Source: a virus
Strand: one strand, 5' to 3'
Length of the DNA: 64,000 bases
IMG/VR virus record: IMGVR_UViG_3300044487_000013
Coordinates: 1 to 64,000 of that record
The number at the start of each line of letters is the position of its first letter. Within the stretch, counting starts at the first letter, position 1. Below the pieces are notes generated by a model. That model saw nothing but the letters and a program-made list of their open reading frames with translations. It was not told where the DNA came from and searched no databases. Shown piece by piece: positions 18,827 to 28,050 of this stretch. A program made the translations under genes and the position numbers.

Positions 18827-19270
18827 CTACTGTGCCGATGGTCGCTTGATAGCAATGACGTTGAACGTGTACCGCTGATAGCCCTTGTCATCGACGCCCG
18901 CGTCGATGGGTTCTGACTGCTGGTGATGTATCGCCTGGTAGAAGCCTGAATTGATGAACTCGTTCCGGATGCCGTCGACCGCATTGTAAGCAGCCCAGGC
19001 CGCGTCGAGCGCCGGCCCGGAGTTCTTCGCCCGCGAGATGATGACAGCGGACGGCCGCTCGTACGCGCGGGTCTTGACGGCCGTCACATTGCCGTCTGCC
19101 GTCCGGGTCGTGTTCGTGTACTCTGGCGAGGTGCCGCCGGTGCTGATGATCGAGATCACCGCGCCGGAGGCGAGCGCCGGAAGGGTCGCCTTGGACGACG
19201 TCGTCAGGTCCTCCCCGAGGGAAGCGACACCAGCGTCGGTCAGCAACGTGACGAGATCATCGATCCACAT
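18827..19270 (-). CDS. tail completion/terminator-like or small tail tube protein
   Basis: The N-terminal region resembles DUF3168-type tail terminator proteins. Sits just before the chaperone genes. 147 aa. Confidence 0.4.
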   Translation of the reverse strand: MWIDDLVTLLTDAGVASLGEDLTTSSKATLPALASGAVISIISTGGTSPEYTNTTRTADGNVTAVKTRAYERPSAVIISRAKNSGPALDAAWAAYNAVDGIRNEFINSGFYQAIHHQQSEPIDAGVDDKGYQRYTFNVIAIKRPSAQ

Positions 19271-19273
19271 AAG

Positions 19274-19630
19274 CTATCCCATGAGCGCACGGTTCAAGTC
19301 GATCCGCTTACCCACCCGCACGGCCATCGAGGACCGGCTCTCGCGGATGACCGACTCCAGGTACTTCCACTGCCCGACCTTGTGAAACGCGTCCGGGTCC
19401 TCATGCACGAAGATGGCGTAGGGTGCCGCGGGGCCGCCCGCCACGATCAGCGTGTAAATGATCCGGCCCTCCCGGATCGGACCCACCACGTGGATGGACC
19501 CGCGCAACGGACCGTACTTCACCGGGGTCCGTCGCTTGACCTCCGTTGCCTCGACCTGCGTCTCCTGGTAGAGGGCGCGCGCTATCTCATCCGGGAAGCG
19601 CTGAGCCAGTCGCTTCAGCTTTTCCCGCAT
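19274..19630 (-). CDS. HK97 gp10-like head-tail joining protein
   Basis: RTPVKYGPLRGSIHV-type motif. Start chosen at the internal Met with an AAGGG SD. The upstream ORF extension looks artefactual. Confidence 0.5.
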   Translation of the reverse strand: MREKLKRLAQRFPDEIARALYQETQVEATEVKRRTPVKYGPLRGSIHVVGPIREGRIIYTLIVAGGPAAPYAIFVHEDPDAFHKVGQWKYLESVIRESRSSMAVRVGKRIDLNRALMG

Positions 19631-20825
19631 CGCCTGGGCGCCCTTCAGGTTGGCTGCTGGACTCGACACGTCGTAGTCTCCACGCCTTGTCGACCTCCTC
19701 GGTAAACCGGAGGCCGATATTTTCCCACCTGAATTGAGGCTGATGAGCGAGTGCGAGGCCTGCCGCAGCGTGCCGTTCACGCCAGGCACCGTCATAGTAC
19801 ATCGTTTCCAGTGAAGCAATAAAGTCCTTTTTGTCGGGGACACCACCGATCACGTTCACACCACCGAACGTCACCCCGTGGCTGGTGCATGGCACCAGGC
19901 GGGCCGCCGGCCTGGCCCAGTCCCCGAGGGCTGACCAGTCGGGAACGACCTGCGGGATGCCGCACGCCATGCCCTCCAGCGTTGTCAGGCCCCAGCCCTC
20001 GCCCTGGGTGGTGGAGATCTGGACGTCTGCCGCCTGGTAGGTCAGGACCAGTTCCTCTTCGGTGTAGCCCTCGTAGACGCCCGGCTGCTCCAGGAGCACC
20101 TTGCCACGCAGACCGTAATAACGCGTCAGCTGCTCGCAATCGACGCCCACGTCTCCGGTGGGGCACACGTGCAAGTAGAGGTACGCGTTGTCGAGCTTGT
20201 TCTTGTGAACGAACTCAGCGAAGTACTCGAAGGTCAGGTCGATGCGCTTCCGCGGCTGGTTGCGGTTCGTGTTCATCACGATAAACCCGCTGTGGCATGG
20301 TGCCGGAAGGCCGATCGTCTTGCGCGCAGCCAGCCGGTCGCCCGGCTTGTAGATCTCCAGGTCGACGCCCAGGCCGACGACACCAGCGGGCTTGAAGAAG
20401 CCGCCGGCCCGCGCCTCGTACTCCGCAAACCCCGTCCAGAAGATGGCGTAGTCCAGGTCCTGGATGTAACTGGCCCGGAGGTTCTTACCGTCGACCGCGA
20501 TGGCGCCCACCACGACTGGCTGTTGCTTGAGGGCGCGGATCTTCTCCATGTACCGCGGCACGTTCCAGGGGTCGTTCTGGATGACGATCAGGTCCGGGCG
20601 CTCCTTGGCGTAGATCTCCAGGAGCGTCTTGTCGCCCATGAGGCTGCCGCCAGGCACGTAGGCCGGGTAGATTTTGTACGGGTACTCGTGCGGGTATCCG
20701 CGGTAGTTGATCCCGAGGACGACGACGTCCCAAGTGCGCCGGAGCACTTCCAGCGTCTTGTGCGTCGCACGCGCGAACCCGCTGTCGCAACCAGCGTCGC
20801 CAATCCAGAGCAGCTTGCGCTTCAT
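19587..20825 (-). CDS. GT4-family (GT-B fold) glycosyltransferase
   Basis: EX7E motif EGWGLTTLE...GMACGIPQV. Start MKRKLLWIG with ATGA overlap. Confidence 0.75.
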   Translation of the reverse strand: MKRKLLWIGDAGCDSGFARATHKTLEVLRRTWDVVVLGINYRGYPHEYPYKIYPAYVPGGSLMGDKTLLEIYAKERPDLIVIQNDPWNVPRYMEKIRALKQQPVVVGAIAVDGKNLRASYIQDLDYAIFWTGFAEYEARAGGFFKPAGVVGLGVDLEIYKPGDRLAARKTIGLPAPCHSGFIVMNTNRNQPRKRIDLTFEYFAEFVHKNKLDNAYLYLHVCPTGDVGVDCEQLTRYYGLRGKVLLEQPGVYEGYTEEELVLTYQAADVQISTTQGEGWGLTTLEGMACGIPQVVPDWSALGDWARPAARLVPCTSHGVTFGGVNVIGGVPDKKDFIASLETMYYDGAWRERHAAAGLALAHQPQFRWENIGLRFTEEVDKAWRLRRVESSSQPEGRPGDAGKAEATGSALPG

Positions 20826-21631
20826 CGGTACCTCCGCTCGTAGATCCACTGCCGCCCAGGAAATGGGAACTCGAAGAACTTGTTCTGGATGTTCGACTGC
20901 CGACCGATATGCTGCACGAACGAGGGCACGCTGGCCGCGAAGCATCGCGCGCCGATCTCCTTGCCCCATATCTGGAGGAGCAGGTCGTGGCCCCGCTGCC
21001 GGTGCTGTTCGCGGCCATCATCGAGGAAAGGGTCCGGTCCCAGCCAATCAGCCAGCTGCTGCGCGACCTGCCGACGCCAGACCAGGCATTGCGCGCCGTA
21101 GAAACCGTACACCGGATGCGGGGCGACAGCCTCACCCTTCGCGAGCATCGCGCGCACGCGCGGGAAGGACTCGCCGTGCCGGATCACCGACTCGTCCTCG
21201 GCGCGGTAATGGGAGTCGCTGACCTTCTCGAAGGTGGCCGCCAGCGTGAACATTGGCACGGCCGCGTGGCCGTGGTCGGACAACCACGCCTCAACGCTCT
21301 CCAGGAACGTGTCGAGGAAGTCGAGATCGTCTTCCAGCTTCATCACGTAGTCCGCGTTCGTGTCGCTGCCCAGGCGGATGGCCCGCGCCGCGTTCTGCTG
21401 CCGGGTGCAAGGCTCGGCCTCGCAGATGATCTCCTCACCAAGCGGAATGTACTTCTCAGCTTCGATGAGGAAGTCGTCGTCCTTGGTGCCGCCGCAGGAG
21501 ATCTGCAGCGAGTGCAGGTAGGGCGATGACCAGAAGTCCGTGCGGGCCAGGTTCTCCAGCGTCCGCGCCAGGTAGTTCTCTCCGCCGGTCAGTCGGCGGT
21601 CGTGGGTCTCGATGACGACAGCAATTTTCAC
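20822..21631 (-). CDS. GT-A-fold glycosyltransferase (DXD motif)
   Basis: N-terminal MKIAVVIETHD strand. DXD-like EDDLDF. Confidence 0.5.
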   Translation of the reverse strand: MKIAVVIETHDRRLTGGENYLARTLENLARTDFWSSPYLHSLQISCGGTKDDDFLIEAEKYIPLGEEIICEAEPCTRQQNAARAIRLGSDTNADYVMKLEDDLDFLDTFLESVEAWLSDHGHAAVPMFTLAATFEKVSDSHYRAEDESVIRHGESFPRVRAMLAKGEAVAPHPVYGFYGAQCLVWRRQVAQQLADWLGPDPFLDDGREQHRQRGHDLLLQIWGKEIGARCFAASVPSFVQHIGRQSNIQNKFFEFPFPGRQWIYERRYR

Positions 21632-22170
21632 AGCATGGCCTCCAGCTTGCGGATGATCTCAGCCCGGTCGTGGTAGTGCCGCGGATTATCGCGGCTGATG
21701 GCCCGCGGCCGTTCCAACTGCTCGATCGGCATCACCACACTGTTGTGCGGCGCCTCCTGGTAGCGGTACGCCAGGTGCGTGAAGATGCGATCGATCTCGA
21801 TCGGGTCCAGGTCGCCGTACCAATCGTGCCACGGCTGGAAGTCGATGAGGCGCTTCGGAAAGAAGCATCCCCACCCGATCAGCGTGACGCGATTGCCGCA
21901 GAGTTCGTTGTAGATCCGGAGGTGACCGTGCGTGATGGCGTTCGTGACCCGCTCGTCATAGTGCCGCCACAGGCGTCGAATGTCAATCTGCGCGTCGTCA
22001 TCCTGGACGTAGATGATCTCGTTCCGCGCCTGCTTCGCCAGGTCAAACCGCGGCAGCAGGTTCGGACTCTCCGTTTGGACAAGCACATCATCGAACGGAA
22101 AGTTCATCTCGATATCCGCCGGCCACTCCTTCTCGCGAGTCACCAGGACGGCCGTCACCTTGTCGGTCAT
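21628..22170 (-). CDS. small GT-A-like glycosyltransferase
   Basis: VTAVLVTRE strand and QDDD acidic motif. ATGA overlaps on both sides. Confidence 0.35.
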   Translation of the reverse strand: MTDKVTAVLVTREKEWPADIEMNFPFDDVLVQTESPNLLPRFDLAKQARNEIIYVQDDDAQIDIRRLWRHYDERVTNAITHGHLRIYNELCGNRVTLIGWGCFFPKRLIDFQPWHDWYGDLDPIEIDRIFTHLAYRYQEAPHNSVVMPIEQLERPRAISRDNPRHYHDRAEIIRKLEAML

Positions 22171-22934
22171 CCCAGGATCTCCCGGAAGTAGGCAGCGTGC
22201 TCCGACGCCCAGTCCTCGTACGTTCGATGGTTGGTCAGGTAGAACAGGACCTGACGGAGGCTGTCCCAGCTGCCCTTCTCGTACTCAATGACCGGGCGCA
22301 CGATGGCGAAACCGATCCTCGGGCTGATCACCGGCTTGCCGGCGGCCATCGCCTCAATGATTGGTGTGCATCCACCTTCGAGCGATGACGTCACCAAGTA
22401 GTAGTCGATGCCCTGGTAGAACGCAGGCAGGTCCCCGTAGCGACTGCTGACGATCGGGCAGGGCCATCCGGTACCCCACGCGCGCACGTCGTAGCCGGCC
22501 TCCAGCATCTTCTTCACCAGGGCCTCCCCCTTCCGAGGGTTACCCGGCTTGACGCTGCCTGCCACCCCGAATACCGGCCGGCGCTTCGGCAGGAAGATAT
22601 CGTCCACGGCCTGCTCGATGATGCGCGGGTTCGGGGCGCCGAGGCTCAGCATCAGGTCGCGCATGGCCGGGTTCAGGACAACGTGGCCGTCGTACTTCGC
22701 TGCGAACTGCCGCGGCCGGCCATCGTCGTGCGCGAAGAGGCCGATCGCCTTGCGGCCACGGCCGCTCGGTGGGAAGTAGACGTTCGAATGGTACTCGACG
22801 TCGCACCTCCGCTCGAAGGCGTTGATGCGCGCGTCGAACCCGTACCGCGGCAGCCGGTCGACCAGTTCCTTGGCGAGCCGGCCGACGATCCAGTTCATGT
22901 CCGGCCCGGTGACCGGGATGTTGACGGTCACCAT
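22167..22934 (-). CDS. GT4-like glycosyltransferase (compact)
   Basis: EX7E motif EGGCTPIIEAMAAGKPVIS. Confidence 0.55.
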   Translation of the reverse strand: MVTVNIPVTGPDMNWIVGRLAKELVDRLPRYGFDARINAFERRCDVEYHSNVYFPPSGRGRKAIGLFAHDDGRPRQFAAKYDGHVVLNPAMRDLMLSLGAPNPRIIEQAVDDIFLPKRRPVFGVAGSVKPGNPRKGEALVKKMLEAGYDVRAWGTGWPCPIVSSRYGDLPAFYQGIDYYLVTSSLEGGCTPIIEAMAAGKPVISPRIGFAIVRPVIEYEKGSWDSLRQVLFYLTNHRTYEDWASEHAAYFREILG

Positions 22935-23488
22935 ATGCCTATGCCGCCCCAGTGGTGGCCTCCACTGATCTCAAGCCACGTGCCCGGAACGGTTTCGACC
23001 TTGATCTCGTTCCAGAACTGCGGCACCCCAGTCTGCTTCGCGTCGATATCATGCGTAGCCGTGATGGCATCCGGGGTGAGGAACCAACGGTACGCATCCC
23101 AGTCTTCCCGCTTGCCCTTGTAGGAGTCGTCGCCATCGAGGAACAGCAGGTCGGCCCGGCGGCCTGCGAGGGCCACGGCCACGAGTCCCTGCGTCTCCAG
23201 AGCGTGCGAGTCTCCGAGGATGCAGCGGATCCGGCCGCCGAACTCCTTCTCCAGGATCTTGTTGCGAACCTGGCAGGCAGCGAGGCTCAGCCCGGTCGCG
23301 TCGCCGGAGGCCGGCATGTCGACGGTCACCAGGAACGCATCGGGGAACAGCCGTCCGAGGTGCTGGATGAACCCGCCGGGGCCGGTACCGATCTCCAGGA
23401 TCGTCTGCGGGTCGCAGGCCGCCTTCAGGTAGCGGTCGAACTCCGCCACCTCCTCCGGCCACTGCAGCATCTTCAGGTCGTGAGGCAT
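22928..23488 (-). CDS. class I SAM-dependent methyltransferase
   Basis: Motif I ILEIGTGPGGF. Start at the Met with a GAGG SD (MPHDLKM). Confidence 0.7.
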   Translation of the reverse strand: MPHDLKMLQWPEEVAEFDRYLKAACDPQTILEIGTGPGGFIQHLGRLFPDAFLVTVDMPASGDATGLSLAACQVRNKILEKEFGGRIRCILGDSHALETQGLVAVALAGRRADLLFLDGDDSYKGKREDWDAYRWFLTPDAITATHDIDAKQTGVPQFWNEIKVETVPGTWLEISGGHHWGGIGIW

Positions 23489-24525
23489 AGGACCTCGTCG
23501 CAAATGAAGTGAGCGTCGTCCTCAGTGAGGCCGGGGTGCGTCGGCAGGCTGAAGCCGCGCGTACCGATCTCGGTGGCAGTCGGGAACTCCCCGCTGTTGA
23601 ACTCCGGCATGGTGTGCAGCGGGACGAAGGTCGGCCGCGTCTCGATGCCGCGGCTGCCCAGGGCGCCCATCACCATATCCCGGTTGACATGCCGCGGCAC
23701 CAGGGCCGTGAACAACCAGGGCGATACACGCGCGCCCGCGCGTGGGTGCTGGCGCGAGAGGTGGAAGAGGCGCCGCTTGTAGACCGCGATGACCTTCTCG
23801 CGGGCCGCCCACATCTCGTCCAGACGCGCCAGCTGCGCGACCCCGAGGGCCGCCTGCAGGTCAGTCATCCGGTAATTGAAGCCGAGTTCCGTATGGTAAT
23901 AGCGGCGCACCGGATGCTGGGCCATGCCCCGCAGCGACCGCAGCCGCATCGCGTACTTCGGATTGTTCGTCACCACCGCTCCGCCCTCGCCAGTCGTGAT
24001 CAGCTTGTTGCCGTAGAAGCTGAAGCAGGACATGTCGCCCAGGCAGATGGGCTGGCTGTAGAGCGCCTCGGCGGCATCCTCGATAATCGCCACGCGGTCG
24101 TTAAGGCCAGTGAAGTCGTCGGTCGGCACGCCGTAGAGATGCACCGGGATGATGGCGCGCGTGCGCCGCGTGATGGTTCGCTTCGTTGCGTCTATATCGA
24201 GGCCCCACGTGTCCGGATTGACGTCGACCAGAACGGGGCGGGCGCCGGTATACATCACCGCGTAGGCCGTCGCCACGTAGGTCAGGTCGGGCACGATCAC
24301 CTCGTCGCCAGGGCCGACGCCGAGGGCGGCGAGCGCCAGGTGCAAGGCCGTCGTCCCGCTGGACGTCGCGACCGCGAACTTCTGCTCGTGCGTGTACGCG
24401 AGGATCTTCTCGAACCGCTCGACCATCGGGCCGCTCGTGATCTGCCCGCTGTTGAAGACGTCGAGGAGAAGTTTTCGTTCGTAGGAGGAAAGATCTGGCC
24501 GGCTAACCTGGTACTTGTACGTCAT
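23473..24525 (-). CDS. DegT/DnrJ/EryC1/StrS-family PLP-dependent sugar aminotransferase
   Basis: SFYGNK PLP-lysine motif. Overall family pattern (ArnB/WecE/PglE-like). Confidence 0.9.
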   Translation of the reverse strand: MTYKYQVSRPDLSSYERKLLLDVFNSGQITSGPMVERFEKILAYTHEQKFAVATSSGTTALHLALAALGVGPGDEVIVPDLTYVATAYAVMYTGARPVLVDVNPDTWGLDIDATKRTITRRTRAIIPVHLYGVPTDDFTGLNDRVAIIEDAAEALYSQPICLGDMSCFSFYGNKLITTGEGGAVVTNNPKYAMRLRSLRGMAQHPVRRYYHTELGFNYRMTDLQAALGVAQLARLDEMWAAREKVIAVYKRRLFHLSRQHPRAGARVSPWLFTALVPRHVNRDMVMGALGSRGIETRPTFVPLHTMPEFNSGEFPTATEIGTRGFSLPTHPGLTEDDAHFICDEVLCLTT

Positions 24526-24787
24526 GCAAACATCCAGTCATCTCAACGTTCTGATCCCACACGTACTCGTTCCGTTCGAAGTCGTAGCGGGCGGTCGCCC
24601 GCAGGACCAACCATCCGAGGCCGGCCACTTCCATGAGGGCCGTCGTCTGATGGCAGGAGTCACTGTTCGTGTCGGTCACCGTGAACTGCCCGGTCGAGCG
24701 GCGGGCGTGATATGGGATCCAGTCGACCGGCTTCCGCTCTTGATGGCGCTTCAGCAGGTTCTCATCTCGCTCGTCGTAGAGCGCCAT
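24503..24787 (-). CDS. hypothetical protein (head completion region)
   Basis: 94 aa. Overlaps the aminotransferase start by 23 nt. Confidence 0.4.
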   Translation of the reverse strand: MALYDERDENLLKRHQERKPVDWIPYHARRSTGQFTVTDTNSDSCHQTTALMEVAGLGWLVLRATARYDFERNEYVWDQNVEMTGCLHDVQVPG

Positions 24788-24788
24788 G

Positions 24789-25205
24789 TTACTGGCCTCG
24801 CACCACCGACCCGAGGATCGTGTCCGTCACGAACGGAAGGTTCGTGCCCGAGTCCGCGAAGCCACCAGCCTGCACAACCGGGGCCGTGCCGCCACCCGGG
24901 AGAACGATCGAATCACGCAGATCGAGCGGACCTTGCCGGATGAACCCAGTGTTCGGCGTAGTGGTCGGTATGGCATCTAGAAAGGTCAGTACGGCGAACG
25001 TCATCACGAGTACGCCCTGGCTCGTATAACGCTGCCGTTGGCTCAGGTCCACGAGGGCGCGCAGCGTTTGCGGGCTGCCGAAGACGTCGTTCCCCTGGCC
25101 GTCGTCGCCAATCCAGGGCGTATGCACGACGTCCAGCTTCATCGACTCGAATTGCGGCGAGGCAATGTTCGCGATGGCGTCGCGGATGAGTGACTCGTAA
25201 CCCAT
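24789..25205 (-). CDS. head-tail adaptor-like protein
   Basis: Position after the gp6-like connector. 138 aa. Confidence 0.4.
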   Translation of the reverse strand: MGYESLIRDAIANIASPQFESMKLDVVHTPWIGDDGQGNDVFGSPQTLRALVDLSQRQRYTSQGVLVMTFAVLTFLDAIPTTTPNTGFIRQGPLDLRDSIVLPGGGTAPVVQAGGFADSGTNLPFVTDTILGSVVRGQ

Positions 25206-25214
25206 GACTCGCTC

Positions 25215-25832
25215 CTAATTGCAATCGTCGCTACCGAAGGACTCGAAGACGATCGGCAGCGTCGCCATGTTCTGGTTGAACCAGGACGCGACCAAGAGGC
25301 GCCGCACCTCATCGGGTACGACGTTCGACACGTAGTTCAGGTCCGACTGCTTGCGCCGGATCTCGACGTCGACGGCCTCGGTCGGCATGTTGCTGCTCGC
25401 CTGATGGCCCTTCACGTCCGAGAACGTGAGCGCCACCGACCCGGCCTTCAGGCTGGTGATGCCCTTGTCGAGCGGGTCGTTGTTCCCCAGGCGATCGGAC
25501 GCGCCCAGCTGCAGGGCGAACTCGCATTGAGCGTCCTTGAGGGCCTGCGGGATGGACGTGACGCCAGACGTCGGGATGGCAAAGCCGTTCCGGTTGACCA
25601 TGCCGACCCGCGGCCAGGTCAGGTTCTGCGTAGCGTCGACGGCCGCGCCGGTCCAATCGAAGCACGCCTCCATGCTGCGGCAGGCCGCGCGTAGCGCCGC
25701 TTCCTTGCGCGCGTCAATGGCCGTGGCGAACCAGGACACCGCCGGCAGCCGGTTGGCCGCGTACGTTTCGAACTCCGCGAGCGTCGCGAACGTATCCGCG
25801 GTTGCTGAGCCAGGCGTAGCAGTGAGACTCAT
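25215..25832 (-). CDS. head-tail connector protein (HK97 gp6-like)
   Basis: The N-terminal AEFETYAANRLPAVSW ... AALRAACRSMEACFDWTG segment resembles gp6 connectors. Directly after the capsid gene. Confidence 0.5.
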   Translation of the reverse strand: MSLTATPGSATADTFATLAEFETYAANRLPAVSWFATAIDARKEAALRAACRSMEACFDWTGAAVDATQNLTWPRVGMVNRNGFAIPTSGVTSIPQALKDAQCEFALQLGASDRLGNNDPLDKGITSLKAGSVALTFSDVKGHQASSNMPTEAVDVEIRRKQSDLNYVSNVVPDEVRRLLVASWFNQNMATLPIVFESFGSDDCN

Positions 25833-25930
25833 GGCAGGGTCCTCAAAAAGAAAACGCGGTAGGCAAGGATTATACCCTGCCTACCGCGTGGATGGTACCC
25901 GTCGATGACCTACCTACCGCCGCGTGGGAA

Positions 25931-26995
25931 CTAGCCGTTGAGGTGGCAGATCCCGCTCTTCCCCGAGGCCGTCGCGCGGATCAGCGGAGCGCCGATCGAG
26001 AAGACCTTGAAGTTGAGCTTGAACCCGCCGGCCTCGTCCCACTGCACGTTCTGGATCTGCTCGCCCTGGATCCAGGCCGCGACGTCGGGCGACGCCTGCA
26101 TGACGATCAGGTTGCCCGAGGGCAGCTGGTCGGCCACGCCAATCCGCTGCACACTCGACACCTGCGAGATGCGCCCACGGATCGACTGGATGTTCGCGGT
26201 CGCCGCGTTGTAATCGTTGTCGATGATCACACCCGCGTCGGTCGGCATGTACACCCAGTAGGGTCCGAAGAACTTGTTCGCCTGGAGCGCCGTGATGGCC
26301 GCGAGCAGGTCCTTCAGGTACGAAGAGCCGGCCTTCGTGCTGTCACCCCAGTCCTTGCCGCCGTCGAACGACACGGTCGTGACGCGGTTCGGATGCGTGG
26401 TGTAGCCGTAGATCGGCAGGCCGCCGAAGGTCGGTCCACCCTGGAACAGCATCTTCTCCAGCTGCTCGCTGACGACGCGCGCCGCGGTCTGAGCCTGGAT
26501 GGTGTCCAGGGTCTCGCCGCTCAGCCGCGCCGCGGCCAGCTTCCGGAGGTTGATGAAGTAGTCCTTGTGGGTGATCGGCAAGGGCAGCTGGTTCAGGTTG
26601 AACTCCTGAACGTCGTTGTCCGTCTGGCCGAGGCCGTCGAGCGACGTGATGGCCGCGTCCATGTCGGTCACCTGCTCGTAGCCGAACACCGTCTTCGCGA
26701 GGGCATTCGGAACGTTGCGGGTGAAGCCGGCCGAGATCAGGTCCTTGACGCCGACGAGGCGCATGACCGTCTCGCGGACCACCGCGTCATCGAAGTACTT
26801 CCACTCTTCGTGACGCAGCGTGTCGAGCGTGCGGAGGGCCGCGGTCGTCAGACCCTTGCCTTCCGTCATCGCCTTGTACAGCTGCTGGGTCGCCCAACGA
26901 CCGCTGTTCCCGTTGAACAACACGGTCGGGCTGGTGATGATGCTGGAAGCCGCGGGCGCCGATGCCACGCGACCCCGAGAAGTACGCTTCGCCAT
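25931..26995 (-). CDS. major capsid protein
   Basis: 354 aa. Downstream of the decoration-like and protease-scaffold genes. Lambda E-like order. Confidence 0.7.
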   Translation of the reverse strand: MAKRTSRGRVASAPAASSIITSPTVLFNGNSGRWATQQLYKAMTEGKGLTTAALRTLDTLRHEEWKYFDDAVVRETVMRLVGVKDLISAGFTRNVPNALAKTVFGYEQVTDMDAAITSLDGLGQTDNDVQEFNLNQLPLPITHKDYFINLRKLAAARLSGETLDTIQAQTAARVVSEQLEKMLFQGGPTFGGLPIYGYTTHPNRVTTVSFDGGKDWGDSTKAGSSYLKDLLAAITALQANKFFGPYWVYMPTDAGVIIDNDYNAATANIQSIRGRISQVSSVQRIGVADQLPSGNLIVMQASPDVAAWIQGEQIQNVQWDEAGGFKLNFKVFSIGAPLIRATASGKSGICHLNG

Positions 26996-27072
26996 GTTCA
27001 GTCTCCTCAGTCCTCTATGGCCGCCTTATATCCGTAGGCGACTCCGGTATTCGTGAACGATTGCGCCCGATC

Positions 27073-27504
27073 CTAGAGGATCTGGACGCGGCACTTCGTG
27101 ACGGTCACAACCGAACCGAGGGTCTCCATGACCCGCGCGATCGGATTGGTCGAGCCTTCCGCGAGCGTGCCGTCGCCGGCCGACTCCAGAAGGTCGTCCT
27201 CGGTGTAGTTCCCCGAGGCCAGGAACGCGGTCACTTCCATGCCCGCGGCGAACACGCCGACCTTGACCTTGTCGCCCGAGGCGTAGTAGGCCGAGATCGT
27301 GCCCGAACCCTGGTACGTGTTGTCGATGCCGGCGCCGAGTTCGTCGCGCTCCAGCGCGAACGCCTTCGGAACCTTCGTGGTGCTGGTCTGGTGCGCGATC
27401 GTGCCGACACCCTTGACCAGGTAGCCCGGCTTCACCGTGGCGGAGGCGGTACCCTCTTCGCTCACGGTCGGGCTTCCCTTGAGAACGATGGAACGCTTGT
27501 TCAT
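27073..27504 (-). CDS. putative head decoration protein
   Basis: 143 aa, Gly/Thr-rich. Sits immediately upstream of the major capsid gene (D-E order). Confidence 0.4.
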   Translation of the reverse strand: MNKRSIVLKGSPTVSEEGTASATVKPGYLVKGVGTIAHQTSTTKVPKAFALERDELGAGIDNTYQGSGTISAYYASGDKVKVGVFAAGMEVTAFLASGNYTEDDLLESAGDGTLAEGSTNPIARVMETLGSVVTVTKCRVQIL

Positions 27505-27576
27505 GACAGTCTCCTCATTCGAAGTCGTTGGTCGATGGACTCACCCGCCACCGATCCAGGTAAAACCGATCCGCGA

Positions 27577-28008
27577 CTACGGCAGGAACACCTGCCCGCC
27601 GCTCGGTCGGATGCTCACGCTTGCTTCCTGCACACCGTCGGTCGGCTGCTTCGGAGCAATGTTCACGACGAAGCCCGAGAAGATCCACGTCGCGCCGTCC
27701 GGGAACAGCAGGTCGTAGCGATCCTTCGAGCCGGATGCCCAGGCGTCGAGCAGACCCGTCGTCGCGTCGTGGGTCGCCTCGCCCGAGGGCAGAAAGTTGA
27801 GCATGAACTGAAGCTCACCCTTCCGGCGGATACCGACAACGTACGAGTCGTCGTCGGAATTTTGCGTGCTCGTGTCGATCGGCTTGCGGGTCAGAGCCGG
27901 CGGAGTAATGTCCTTCAACTCCGCGATGGCCGTGCCGTTCCGCTTGACGATCGTTCCGTGCGCCGAGATCCCGTTGCTCTCAGCGCCGGTGTTCGTCACA
28001 GGACTCAT
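27577..28008 (-). CDS. virion hypothetical protein
   Basis: 143 aa, beta-rich. Sits between the protease-scaffold and decoration genes. Confidence 0.4.
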   Translation of the reverse strand: MSPVTNTGAESNGISAHGTIVKRNGTAIAELKDITPPALTRKPIDTSTQNSDDDSYVVGIRRKGELQFMLNFLPSGEATHDATTGLLDAWASGSKDRYDLLFPDGATWIFSGFVVNIAPKQPTDGVQEASVSIRPSGGQVFLP

Positions 28009-28050
28009 GGTCTCTCCACCTTTCTAGTCGCGCGCCCGATTGGCGTCGAC

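Noticed and set aside
27073-27504. Assigning 27073..27504 as a lambda gpD homolog.
   Set aside because: Only position (immediately upstream of the capsid gene) and size support it. No clear sequence similarity to gpD was recognised, so it is listed only as a putative decoration protein at low confidence.
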